From positions 186,001-250,000 of the forward strand of contig NIVC01001195.1 in assembly GCA_002269645.1 (NCBI GenBank): DNA of 64,000 nt, written 5' to 3'. Origin of the DNA: Macrostomum lignano (Eukaryota). The notes under the pieces were generated by a model that did no database searches, was not told the origin of the DNA, and was given only the letters and a program-made list of their open reading frames with translations. The translations under genes and the position numbers were made by a program. Of this stretch, positions 13,297-25,355 are shown piece after piece; position 1 is the stretch's first letter, and each line of letters begins with the position of its first letter.

Positions 13297-13515
13297 TGAC
13301 TCCCTGACCCCCTGACCTCCTGACTCCCTGACCCCTGACTCCCTGACCCCCTGACCTCCTGACTCCCTGACCCCCTGACCTCCTGACTCCCTGACCCCTG
13401 ACTCCCTGACCTCCTGACTCCCTGTCTCCTTGACTCCCTGACCTCCTGACTCCCTGACCCCCTGACTCCCTGACCTCCTGACTCCCTGCTGACCCCCTGA
13501 CTCCCTGACCCCCTG
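13297..13515. repeat. Short-unit C-rich repeat (CTGACTCC/CTGACCCC) downstream of the GPCR stop
   Basis: Directly visible. Confidence 0.9.
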
Positions 13516-14254
13516 GTATGCCTGAGCTCCTCAGATAGTCAGTTGGCCTCCCAAAAGTTGCTAAATGGCGCAGTTGACCAAAAAAAAATCAACAAGAACA
13601 AATGCTATCTATAATTATACAAACTTAGATTTCAACACGTGCCTTGATTTCCACTTCCATTGTCCATACAAACTCAGCTTCTTGTTGTCTGCAACATTAA
13701 GAAAGTTTCCAAAGCCGGAGACCAAAGTGCATCGGCGCTTCTACATTCCAAACACGCACATTTTTACTAAATTAATTGCCGTCTTTCAAGCAAAGCGGGT
13801 TTTCATTTTTAGCTTTTGTGCGTTAGGATTCCTTACAACTGCCCATCAAAAAGTTAATACTTCATAATTTGTTGCTTCGTTTGTGAATTCCCGCCTTATC
13901 TATTCAGAGCCTCTCAGCTCAACAATTTGCTTATTAACTGCATGTGCCTCGATTTTTGCACCTGTTTTGACTGCTTTTTTAAGCTATGCGGATTATATGA
14001 ATTATTGCAGCGTCACTATACGGACCAATAAGAGCAGATTGTGCTCATTATCGCAAATGCTGAGAAAATTACGAGCGTAATAAGCGAAATTAAATTTTAT
14101 AAAACTTTTGATTTTGAGCAAGAAAACATCAATTTTTCATGTTTTTCTGTTTGCAGTCTTTAGAGCAGTACCTGTTGATTGTGGATCGGATGTATTTGGA
14201 TAGGATAGACCCAAGCAAGTTTTCTTTTTGTCTAAGCCGTTACCCCTTATATTG

Positions 14255-14660
14255 GGGATTGGCTAGGGTACAGATAAGGGGAGGTGGGGATTGGCTAGGG
14301 TACAGATAAGGGGAGGTGGGATTGGCTAGGGTACAGATAAGGGGAGTTGGGGTTGGCTGGCGTACAGAAAAGAGGAGGTGGGGGTTGGATAGGGTAAAGA
14401 TAAGGGGAGTTGGGGTTGGCTGGCGTACAGAAAAGAGGAGGTGGGGGTTGGATAGGGTAAAGATAAGGGGAGTTGGGGTTGGCTGGCGTACAGAAAAGAG
14501 GAGGTGGGGGTTGGCTGGGGTACAGATAAGGCGTGGGGGTTGGCTAGGGCACAGATAAGGAGCGGTGGGGGTTGGCTAGGGCACAGATAAGGAGCGGTGG
14601 GGGTTGGCTAGGGCACAGATAAGGATCGGTGGGGGTTGGCTAGGGTACAGATAAGGGAAA
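14255..14660. repeat. G-rich ~30/60-bp repeat (GGGGTTGGCTAGGGTACAGATAAGG-type)
   Basis: Directly visible. Confidence 0.9.
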
Positions 14661-16195
14661 GGGGAAAAGAGAAGAGTGAAAGGAGGAGAGGATTGGACAA
14701 CGTTAGAAAGGAGATAAGACAGAGGAACTAAGAAGTTGAGTGCAGATGAACCCCTAGGAGGCAAAAATTAACCTCATTACCCCCTATCGAACACACGCTG
14801 GCTGGACCCAGCACAAAATTTTAATTTCTTATGGTGCTAAAGATTGTCAGTTGTCTCTCCGTCTCGCACAATGCGTCATTTATTGCAATATTTGGCATTC
14901 CCTTCAGCCGACTGTAACCTAATGTTGCCGCTTTGCTTTTGCCATTATATAATATGAAGGAGTGTCTCAATACCAGTTGCCACTATGCTTGTGCGCTTTT
15001 TTAAAAACAAAAATAATTAGAAACATTACGTTGGTCATCAAATATTGCAGTGAAAGTGTCCAATTGAAGTACTGAGTCGTTTTGTTTCAATTTCCTATAC
15101 AATTTGTGAACTGTTTTCAAGAATAAAAGTACACTAGCAAGTCGGAATAAAAATTCCCAAATTCCCAATATGTCACCATCTGGGCTTTGAATACCAGATG
15201 AAGCACATTAATGGAGATGGGATATTGTAAACTTAGTGCTACAGCGAGGAGAGAAATATTCTGGTAAATATTATAAACAATATACGATCAACAAGCCTGA
15301 TTTGCTACTTGCGCACTTTTAGCTGAGTAGTATGAGCAGCAAGAGAGATCTACGATGGAAATTTGCGTATATGATTTTTTATTGAAAAAACCATGAGGCA
15401 TGACACGCATCGGCAGATCCCGAGTCAAAGGTTCTGCTTGGTCGCTACTGCGTCACTTGGGGCTTTAGCAAAAAAAATTCATAACCGCAAACTTTAAAGA
15501 ATCCAATTGTCAGGGAGGAATTCATATTCAGTATTGGGCGGAAAGAGCTGTTCCTACACAATGGCTGCGGGAGCAGATTATACAATAGACAGATTGGAAG
15601 ATCAAGCGGTGCTTATCTATGAAATTTGAGAACTTCATGATATGTCAGACAGTCAGTTAGGTGGCGGGGGACTCGCCCGACTCATGCAGCTGAGTTTGAG
15701 TCAACAGAGTCGCTAAGCTAGAGAGGACGGTGTGCTGAGCAGCTTGAGCACACATCGCAGGGTTGACCATTTTTTTCTGAGTTTACCTTGGAGAGACGAA
15801 TAGAGAAGGAGAGGGGGAGTCTGAATGAAAGACTTTTTTGCGGGCTGCCCCATCTCTACTCTCCGCAGTTTTTGTGTGCGCAAGCAGCTGCTGTGCAGCA
15901 AAAATCGCCCAGCGTCTCTCTGAAATCCCTCCAGCTCTCACCTGGGCACACACTGGAGGTGGGGCCTCCCGCCCCGGCCACTGGGCTTGCAGATGGCGGC
16001 CGCGGCAGCAGCCACCCCAAAAAACCAGCCGCCGGAAGCCGGCTCCGCGCTTCTACAGTCTAAGAGGGCCAGCCAGCAATGAGCTGCTGCTTTTGCTTCT
16101 GGAAGCAATTCTAATCCCTACCGTAAGTCCCTCCCGGGCAGTTGCTGCCGCTGCTGTCAGCCCCTCTTCTGCTGGAAGAAACGAAGAAACGTCAG

Positions 16196-18545
16196 ATGCC
16201 GCTCTCGTCGTCTCAACAGCAGCAGCGGCACCCGCTGCGACACCACCGGAGAGCCGCTTCAGCCGCGTCGGCAGCCGCCGTCCCCAGCCTGGCCGGCGCC
16301 ATTCAGCGAGGCTGCTTCGCCGAGGCCCGCCACCTGCTGGACCTGCCGGAGGGCAGCGACGCCGCGGACCAGCCGGAGCCCGCGGAGGGCCGCACGCCGC
16401 TGATTTTGTGCGCGTTGATCCGCGACTCCGCCTGGGCGGTCAGCCTGGCGCGCCAGCTGCTGGAACGCGGCGCCAGAGTCGGCGCCAGAGACGCGCGCCG
16501 CGGCATGAACGCGCTGCACTACGCGTGCGCCTGCGGTCGGGTGCAGCTGGCGCGGCTGTTCCTGCAGGCCATCGACTTCCGGGTGCGCGGCCTGACTGTC
16601 TTTGATGACTTTGGCTCTCGCGCCCTGGTTCAATGCTGTGCGCGGGGGGGGGGGTTGTCGTGCGATTCACAGCAATGAGGGCCAACCCCAAGGCGGGGGG
16701 TTGTCTTGCTATTCACAGCAATGAGGGCCAACCCCAAGGCGGGGGGTTGTCTTGCTATTCACAGCAATGAGGGCCAACCCCAAGGCGGGGGGTTGTCTTG
16801 CTATTCACAGCAATGAGGGCCAACCCCAAGGCGGGGGGTTGTCTTGCTATTCACAGCAATGAGGGCCAACCCCAAGGCGGGGGGTTGTCTTGCTATTCAC
16901 AGCTATTCACAAAAAACTTTTTCAGCTGGACGCCGTCGACCGATGGGGCAACTCGCCGATGCACTTCGCCGCCATGTCGGCCAGCAGCTCCGGCCAGCTG
17001 TTGCGCCTCCTGAGCGCCGCCCTGCGCCGCTACCAGCTGCCCGCCGAGACCGCCAACAGGGCCGGCCTCACGCCGCTTGGCCTGGCCAGAGCCTGCGACC
17101 GGCGGGAGGCGACACGGGTGCTCGAGGAGCTGCAGGAGCTTCAGGACGTCCGGCAGCCCTCGGGTTGGAATTTGAGGGGATTGCTAATCTAGTCAATCAC
17201 AGATTTTTACGGATACAGTGGGTTGCTTATTGATCCCATAGATAAATAGTCTAGATAATCAGGATTGCCAGTCCTGACTCTCAAGGGCTCGTAGCCAGTC
17301 CTGACTCTCAGGGCCTCGTAGCCAGTCCTGACTCTCAGGGCCTCGTAGCCAGTACTGACTCTCAGGGGCTCGTAGCCAGTCCTGACTCTCAGGGGCTCGT
17401 AGCCAGTCCTGACTCTCAGGGCCTCGTAGCCAGTCCTGACTCTCAGGGGCTCGTAGCCAGTCCTGACTCTCAGGGCCTCGTAGCCAGTCCTGACTCTCAG
17501 GGCCTCGTAGCCAGTACTGACTCTCAGGGGCTCGTAGCCAGTCCTGACTCTCAAGTCTCAGGGGCTCGTAGCCAGTCCTGACTCTCAGGGGCTCGTAGCC
17601 AGTCCTGACTCAATTTTTGCTCAACTTCGCACTACCGAATCTCCTTGACGCAGGTTGCCTGTCCAGCTTCAACGCTGCCTCATCGGCGGCAGCGGCGTCG
17701 GCCTCCGTGGCCAGCATGTTCAGGCCGTGCGATTCCGACTTCATCGTGGCGGCGGGGTCTCCGCCTGACCGGGCGCCAACGGGCGCCTCCGAAGCCGCGC
17801 CAGCGGGTGAACTCGAGGGTGAGTGCCGCACCATCTCGTTTGGGGTTGCGCCACCTCATTTTGGTGGGTGGCGCCATTTCATTTTGGTGGGTGGCGCCAT
17901 TTCATTTGCTGGGTGGCGCCATTTCATTTTGGTTTGGTGGCGCCATTTTTTTTTTGGTGGGTGGCGCCATTTTATTTTGGTGGGTGGCGCCATTTAATTT
18001 GGTAGGTGGCGCCGTTTCCTTTCTCCCACTCTTCCTCCCCTTCCATATTCTCAGCTGGTCGAGCCCGCAGCGCCGCCCGCAGCCGTACCACCTCCGCAGG
18101 CGGGCGCTGCCCCAGCGCCAAGCGCGACATCCCCCGCCTGTTCCACAACTTCGAGTTCCACTGCTCGCCGCTGTACCGGCCGCCGCCGCGGGCCCCGGAC
18201 CCCAGCCTGTACGCCACCGACTTCTTCCTGCGCTTCCAGCCGCCGCCTCTGCCGCCTTCGCAGCAGCACCGGCCGGGCGGAGACGGCGGCAGCGGCAGTG
18301 GAGACCCGGCGAATGGCGCCGACGCGCCTCACGGGAGGCGCCGTCGCGAGGGCGTCTCGGGTGCGGCGGCGGGCAGCGCGCCGGCATCCAGACGGTCGAA
18401 GCGCAGCTCCACAGCCACGGCGGCTTCGCTGACAACGGCGAGCTCCGCCGCGGCCGGCGCTGGAGGAGAGGTCGTGGGTTCGAGTCGCCGACGCCCGGGC
18501 CGAATCAGCCGGGTGGCCTTCAACCGAGACGATGCTCAGCCGTGA
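16196..18545 (+). CDS. Ankyrin-repeat protein, ANKRD63-like
   Basis: Exons 16196-16582, 16926-17163, 17654-17818, 18055-18545 with matching phases; the donor at 17164 is weak and an upstream exon ending at 16122 is possible. Ankyrin motifs GRTPLILCA, GMNALHYAC, GNSPMHFAA, NRAGLTPLGLA; the last resembles ANKRD63 NRAGLTALQLA. Confidence 0.78.
16645..16905. repeat. 46-bp intronic minisatellite, ~5.5 copies, self-complementary unit
   Basis: GCCAACCCC recurs every 46 nt. The array fills ankyrin intron 16583-16925. Confidence 0.93.
17268..17610. repeat. 27-bp intronic minisatellite (GCCAGTCCTGACTCTCAGGGCCTCGTA)
   Basis: Directly visible, inside ankyrin intron 17164-17653. Confidence 0.95.
17845..18012. 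repeat. ~24-bp intronic repeat (GGTGGGTGGCGCCATTTCATTTT)
   Basis: Directly visible, inside intron 17819-18054. Confidence 0.9.
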
Positions 18546-18729
18546 GACTGCGGCGCTGGCACATCCGGGATCCGAGCCTAAGAGTAATTTGACCTTCCTT
18601 GTAACTGAAAAGTCCAGATCGAGTTTGCACTGACTGAAATATATTGGCGAATTTTGTTTGTTGTTTATGGTAAAAACTTGAATAACTTCACTCACTTGTT
18701 AACTGGGCCAATTGCATTGAAATTCTGTG

Positions 18730-19390
18730 GAGTACCAGCTACAGAGGGGCACCAGCTACAGACAGAGGGCGCCAGCTACGAACAGGGGCGCCAGCTACAG
18801 ACAGGGGTGCCAGCTACAAACAGGGGTGCCAGCTACGAACAGGGGCGCCAGCTACAGACAGGGGCGCCAGCTACAGAGAGGGCGCCAGCTACAAACAGAA
18901 GCGCGAGCTACAGACAGAGGGCGCCAGCTACAGAGAGGGCGCCAGTCAAAGAGGCAACGCCAGCTACAGACAGGGGCGCCAGCTACAGACAGAGGGCGCC
19001 AGCTACAGACAGAGGGCGCCAGCTACAGACAGAGGGCGCCAGCTACAGACAGGGGCGCCATCTACAGACAGGGGTGCCAGCTACAAACAGGGGCGCCAGC
19101 TACAGACAGGGCGCCAGCTACAGAGAGGGCGCCAGTCAAAGAGGCAACGCCAGCTACAGACAGGGCGCAATCTACAGACAGGGTGCCAGCTACAGACAGG
19201 GGCGCCAGCTACAGACAGAGGGCGCCAGCTACAGACAGAGGGCGCCAACTACAGACAGGGGCGCCAGCTACAGACAGGGGCGCCATCTACAGACAGGGGT
19301 GCCAGCTACAGACAGAGGGCGCCAGCTACGGAGAGGGCGCCAGTCAAATAGGCGGCGCCAGTCAAAGAGGCGGCGCCAGCTACAGAGGGA
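18730..19390. repeat. ~20-bp minisatellite (GGGCGCCAGCTACAGACAGA)
   Basis: Directly visible, intergenic. Confidence 0.95.
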
Positions 19391-19744
19391 TTATGTTTAA
19401 AGTTATTCGAAATATCATAAATCGAAATTGCAGCTCAGTCAAAATAAAATTCCTATGGAAAAATTAATTTGAATTGAGCAATTAAAATTAATATTTTTAG
19501 CAAACTCGAGAGAAAAAATTAATAGACGAGATTTTTAACTAATTTTTTTGCCTGATTTTTCTACATTTTAATTTTTTACTCCAAATTGAGAACATTGATC
19601 TCTTTTAATCTCTGAACTTCCAGTTGCAATGTATCGGTCTGCGCTCGTGGAGTGTATGTAAAAATTGATTTTCAAATTCCCGCCCCACTTTCTGTCGGCA
19701 GTGCAACTCCAGATTAACGTTGTCACCAGACTGTCAAGAGCAAA

Positions 19745-20794
19745 ATGAATTTTCTTACTGCGGTGGCGATGGCTGGTGTGCTGGCTGGCGTCTCGAGCTC
19801 CTATGGAAACGAGGCGAGTCAGCTGTCCATCGGGGAGCTCCACAAGCCTTGAGCATGAGCTGTCAAAATCTCTGTAACTTTTCCGTCGAAGCAGTGCTGT
19901 GATGCTGCCTCGGAGCTTCTCCTGGAAGCTCTGGTCAGTTTTCACCTCCAGAGAGGTGCCCTGGAGCTTCTCCTGGTAGCACTGATCAGTTGTCACCTCC
20001 AGAGAGGTGCCCTGGAGCTTCTCCTGGTAGCTCTGGTCAGTTGTCACCTCCAGAGAGGTGCCCTGGAGCTTCTCCTGGTAGCTCTGGTCAGTTGTCACCT
20101 CCAGAGAGGTGCCCTGGAGCTTCTCCTGGTAGCTCTGGTCAGTTGTCACCTCCAGAGAGGTGCCCTGGAGCTTCTCCTGGTAGCTCTGGTCAGTTGTCAC
20201 CTTCAGAGAGGTGCCCTGGAGCTTCTCCTGGTAGCTCTGGTCAGTTGTCACCTTCAGAGAGGTGCCCTGGAGCTTCTCCTGGTAGCTCTGGTCAGTTGTC
20301 ACCTTCAGAGAGGTGCCCTGGAGCTTCTCCTGGTAGCTCTGATCAGTTGTCACCTCCAGAGAGGTGCCGGGGCATGTTCCACAACCTGAACATGTTGTGG
20401 GCCCAGATCACGGATGATGATGTTCGGATCGGTGAGTGTAACCATTGCATGCATGCTTGTTTGCTCAGAGTGTCAGTGCTCAGGGACCAGCGTGCCTTCG
20501 CGTTTTCTGACTGCGGATTGACTTGTCGTCTTGACTTGTTTCGTCGCCCAAAGCCCCCCCCCCGGCGACCTGATTGACTAATAAAGTCGTATCAACGCCT
20601 AAGAGATGACTGAAACCGTTTAATCAGTTCGCAGGAGTGCATTCGCACCAGAAGAGCCTCATGAGCTGAACTACATGCTGGTGGACCCCGAAGACATCGT
20701 CAAGTCCTGCTGCTGCCGGCCCTGCACTCGCGGCTATATGTTCGGCGCCAGCCCAATACCGCTGCGACCCAGGCCCAGACCGGGGCTTTACTGA
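19745..20794 (+). CDS. Candidate insulin-like peptide precursor (~103 aa), divergent
   Basis: Model: 19745-19817, 20360-20431, 20628-20794 (phase 1, phase 1). It gives a signal peptide MNFLTAVAMAGVLAGVSS, B-like RCRGMFHNLNMLW, dibasic RR, and A-like DIVKSCCCRPCTRGYMFGAS, which aligns gap-free to insulin [20 protein letters not shown]. The exon 1 donor and exon 3 acceptor choices are uncertain. Confidence 0.55.
19908..20368. repeat. 51-bp minisatellite, 9 copies, each containing the exon-2 splice acceptor of the insulin-like gene
   Basis: CACCT(C/T)CAG|AGAGGTGCC recurs every 51 nt, with AG at 19950-51 through 20358-59. Confidence 0.97.
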
Positions 20795-22144
20795 TCAATG
20801 CTAGGGAATCACTTGGCTGCTCCGAGATTATTGTTGATTGAAGTGGTTAATATCTGCGCCTTTTCCATCTGCTACTTTTCTGGTTGAAATGTACTTTTAA
20901 AAGCAGTTTTGTTAAATAAGCAATGGTTAAATAAACAGACAATGAGAGATCACCTACTGAAAAGTAGTAAAAGAAGAATTGGAAGCGATGGATGAATGGC
21001 GTTGACGTTAAATGAACGCGGCTTTATCTATTGTGGTATATGCGCATATAAAGTACCTGGTATATTTCATTTCACACACATTGGCCATAGACACTGCCCC
21101 TGTTAACCCTGCGTTCTAAAGCTAATATAAGGAGAGCAAATATAAAGGAAATGAATGTTAACATCGGCATGGCAAGAGCCCGCTACCAAGCTTGAGATTA
21201 CTAACCATAATTCACCTGGACTTCGAGTTGGTAACGGAAGTCGGATGTAACATCTATCTATAACATACTTTTAGAATTTTGAAAATATCTGCCGGCATTC
21301 AGAAGTTACGAGCTTATGTCCAATCCAGAACCGCGCCCTTGGGTATAACTTACAGAAACTAAAAAAAACAGGTACGGAGTACGACCGATGGGATGACTCA
21401 ACACGATTGATAAGTCATTTTCTGGAAGTTATACCCAAGGGCACGCTACTGGATTGGAAATCACTTCTGAATGTCATAGGTTCTTACGGGATTACGGAAT
21501 AAAAACACAAAGTGCTGCTGCTCAAGCTGCAGGGACCACAGAATATAAAGTATATTCTGTGGCAGGGACCGCGCAGGCGAGGCCGAGGGCGAACGGCGAG
21601 ATATACTGATAGGCTTTTGACTTTTTGAAGCCTTTGGCCCAGAGACGCGTTCTCTAACTTCTCCCCCCTTTCTGGCCACTGCGTGGCTGGCGGGTGAAGT
21701 ATTTTGTAGTAGTGAGTTGTTGTAAACTCTATAATAACACAAATGTACGAAGCTGTTAAAGACTGTATTGCGATTCTGACTTCGAACTCAACGCTGGCGC
21801 AGTACTGAAGCAGGTAACTCCGCCTGCACCAAGTGCAGCAGCATCTGGTAAACAGGTCGTTACTCCTATTTGCGATATTAATTCTGCATTGCAAGTCCCT
21901 GCGTGTCGGCGGCCGGCGGCGCTGCCCTGAAGTCCTCTCCACTGAAAGTGTGCGGTTTCAATAAACCTTAAATTCTCTTTCAGGCTTTACCGATAAAAAA
22001 TGGTAAAAATTGTTTGACTGCCTACTCGGACCGCCTATGAAAGCTGCAGACCTCTTTAAGAGGCTCGCGTGGCTAGGGCCGTCGTAGAGACCACCCCGAT
22101 GAGAGCACAAATCCACGACCGTATTGATTAGCGACCGGCCGCAA

Positions 22145-22655
22145 AGATTGATGAGATCATCCTGCAACAGGGGGGACTACGGCTTGAGATTGATGAGATC
22201 ATCCTGCAACAGGGGGGATTACGGCTTGAGATTGATGAGATCATCCTGCAACAGGGGGGATTACGGCTTGAGATTGATGAGATCATCCTGCAACAGGGGG
22301 GACTACGGCTTGAGATTGATGAGATCATCCTGCAACAGGAGGGGGATTACGGCTTGAGATTGATGAGATCATCCTGCAACAGGAGGGGGATTACGGCTTG
22401 AGATTGATGAGATCATCCTGCAACAGGAGGGGGATTACGGCTTGAGATTGATGAGATCATCCTGCAACAGGAGGGGGATTACGGCTTGAGATTGATGAGA
22501 TCATCCTGCAACAGGAGGGGGATTACGGCTTGAGATTGATGAGATCATCCTGCAACAGGAGGGGGATTACGGCTTGAGATTGATGAGATCATCCTGCAAC
22601 AGGAGGGGGATTACGACTTGAGATTGATGAGACCATAATGCAACAGGGGGGCTCA
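22145..22655. repeat. 42-43-bp minisatellite (GAGATTGATGAGATCATCCTGCAACAGGAGGGGGATTACGGCTT), ~12 copies
   Basis: Directly visible. Confidence 0.96.
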
Positions 22656-23240
22656 CTTCCATGGCGTGTCAGTGCCCACAGCTCCTCTGCAAACTGACTC
22701 ACTATGAGTCCGAGTTCCAGATTGGCTAAGGCTAAGGTGGATTTAAGGCAGATTCACCTACCTTAAATCCACCTACCCTAGTAGGCTAAGGTAGATCCAC
22801 CTTTACAGATTGGCCAAGGTGGATCTCACCTCAAACCCAGCGGAATCCACGGCCGCAACAGCCAGGCTGGCCAAGAAAAGCTCAGTCAGGAACTTCATTT
22901 CACTTTGGACACCGATGCAGCAGATGTGGAAGTTGGTCTGCGCCACCTTTTCGGTTCGTTTAGGAAGCGGTTCCAGTGAGGGTCACGTGATCCAGAGCTT
23001 CCGCATTCCCGAGCAGAAACGGCAATTTCTTTTCAGAGATTTGATTCTCAGTCTCAAGCTTAATCTGCAGGCATTTAGAAAAAAGAAAGAAAATCGACAA
23101 TATCGCAGCGATAGTTTTAAAACGATTAAATTTCTTTATCGACGAGTTTCTAGCAATTGGTTTGGTACTTAATTAAAATTGGTTCATTTTTTATTTCAAA
23201 AAATTACATAATTCCTTTGTTTTAACGCAGCAAAACAACA

Positions 23241-23242
<2 letters not shown>

Positions 23243-23271
<29 letters not shown>

Positions 23272-23386
23272 TGACTGACTGACTGACTGACTGACTGACT
23301 GACTGACTGACTGACTGACTGACTGACTGACTGACTGACTGACTGACTGACTGACTGACTGACTGACTGACTGACTGACTGACTGA
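23243..23386. repeat. (GACT)n microsatellite
   Basis: Pure tetranucleotide run. Confidence 0.99.
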
Positions 23387-23568
23387 TTTACTAGAATTTA
23401 TCGATGCCAAATTTTTGCCTTTGATTTGCCCATCCAGATCGCCTACTGACAACAGTAGTAAATTAAAGTACGCGTGTGCCACCCAGAGCAGGTGCTACGG
23501 CAGGCCCTGACAGGTAGGAACTGGTGTGAAGGAAACAACACTTACAAACGAAGCAAACTCCTCTGGCT

Positions 23569-23695
23569 TTGGTTTAGGATGAGGTTTAGAATAGGGTTTA
23601 GGATAGGGTTTAGGATAGGGTTTAGGATAGGGTTTAGGATAGTGTTTAGGCTTAGGTTTAGAATAGGGTTTAGGATAGGGTTTAGGATAGGGTTT
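23569..23695. repeat. 12-bp repeat (GGTTTAGGATAG), telomere-like composition
   Basis: ~10 copies; not canonical TTAGGG. Confidence 0.9.
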
Positions 23696-24060
23696 TGTCA
23701 GGTTCGGTAGTCACTTAGTTTGATTATTTATTCAGACGCAGATTTTACTTAAGGCCAAATTTGTTAAAATCAATTTAACAAAACAGAAGCGATGGTTACT
23801 TTAGCAGTAGTATATCACGCATAAAACTGTTTTTTTAGGTTTTTTATGCGTAAATAGAAACACTGCAGTAAGCCTACATTTGAAGGGAAATGTAGGAAAG
23901 TTTTTGCAGAGAATTCCCACTCCGGGCTCTGGGCTCAGGCCTCCTTGACAGACTCCTGGACTGCTCCCGACCCTTCCTAATGTCTTTGCAATTGAAACTC
24001 TTGGATTCGTCCATCATTGGGGAAATTTTATTAATTGTTTCTGAGAGAGCTCACAGCCAC

Positions 24061-24095
24061 AGCCAATCAGCAGCGGCCTGCTCAGACATAAAACC
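24061..24095 (+). promoter_or_regulatory. Possible core promoter of GAD (CCAAT box plus TATA-like CATAAAA)
   Basis: AGCCAATCAG at 24061 and CATAAAA ~25 nt downstream. Donor-like sites follow (GAG|GTGAGC ~24198, AAG|GTAGAT ~24277), suggesting 5' UTR exons. Confidence 0.3.
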
Positions 24096-24589
24096 CGGAG
24101 GACGAGCCGCCATCCAGGACGCAGCCCCATCATCCGAGGAATTCCTTCAACTCAAAACTATTTCAAACTGTCCGAGCCGACCGAGGCACCGAAGGAGGTG
24201 AGCATGGGGAGTTTTCTCTTTTCTCCCCATCCCGGCTTGTCGGCCCGGATCCCATCCAGATCCCTTGAGAGTGCAAGGTAGATATTTTAAGATAAGCTGC
24301 TAAAACTGGCCTGGTTTTAGGGTAAAGTTTCTAAAAATTCTCGCTCCAACCGAGTTCAATTATGCATGAAGGTGGCGGCCAGCGCCGGAGCCTCATGGTT
24401 TAGTGGTCCATGTCAGTGCAGTGCGAATTCAGGGACTCCTGGCCGGGCCGCAATTTCCGCCCGCAAGTCAAGAAAACTCGAAGAGCCACTTTTTACGGGT
24501 GTCATTTTTCTGATTGTGTGCTGCTCATTGGGCAGCTCCCTCAGCTCCTGGGCTCGGGGAACTTGGCATGGGATTTGCAAGTTCATGCG

Positions 24590-25075
24590 ATCTCTCCAAC
24601 CTGCTTATCTACCTCAATCCAACCTGCTTATCTACCTCACTCCAACCTGCTTATCTACCTCAATCCAACCTGCTTATCTACCTCACTCCAACCTGCTTAT
24701 CTACCTCATTCCAACCTGCTTATCTACCTCACTCCAAGCTGCTTATCTACCTCATTCCAAGCTGCTTATCTACCTCAATCCAAGCTGTTTATCTACCTCA
24801 CTCCAAGCTGTTTATCTCCCTCAATCCAACCTGTTTATCTACCTCACTCCAAGCTGCTTATCTACCTCACTCCAAGCTGCTTATCTACCTCACTCCAAGC
24901 TGCGTATCTACCTCACTCCAAGCTGCTTATCTACCTCACTCCAAGCTGCGTATCTACCTCATTCCAAGCTGCTTATCTACCTCATTCCAAGCTGCGTATC
25001 TACCTCACTCCAAGCTGCTTATCTACCTCATTCCAAGCTGCTTATCTACCTCATTCCAAGCTGCTTATTCATCTT
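24590..25075. repeat. 23-bp C-rich minisatellite (TCCAAGCTGCTTATCTACCTCAC)
   Basis: Directly visible; lies upstream of the GAD CTCAG|ATG site. Confidence 0.96.
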
Positions 25076-25355
25076 ACCAATAACCGTTCTCACCCACCGA
25101 CTCAATCCATTAGAAAATGTTGCCCTTCAACTCAAGCACAATAAAAGCATAAAACTCCGCCAGCTCAGCGGCCACGCCCTCATCACAGACACTTTGCACG
25201 CCTCCCGGTTTTACAACCGGCTGGCCAGACGCGGCTCCGACATGCTGCACTGTGCAGTACAGTGACTAGAAAGGCAATTCATTGTGCAGTCAGGCAATTA
25301 TTGGAGAATTCTGAGCTACAGACGACAAAGCCAAAGCCTCCTGCACCCCCCTCAG

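Noticed and set aside
23569-23695. Interstitial telomere
   Set aside because: The 12-bp unit is not TTAGGG; similar repeats are common inside non-autonomous elements.
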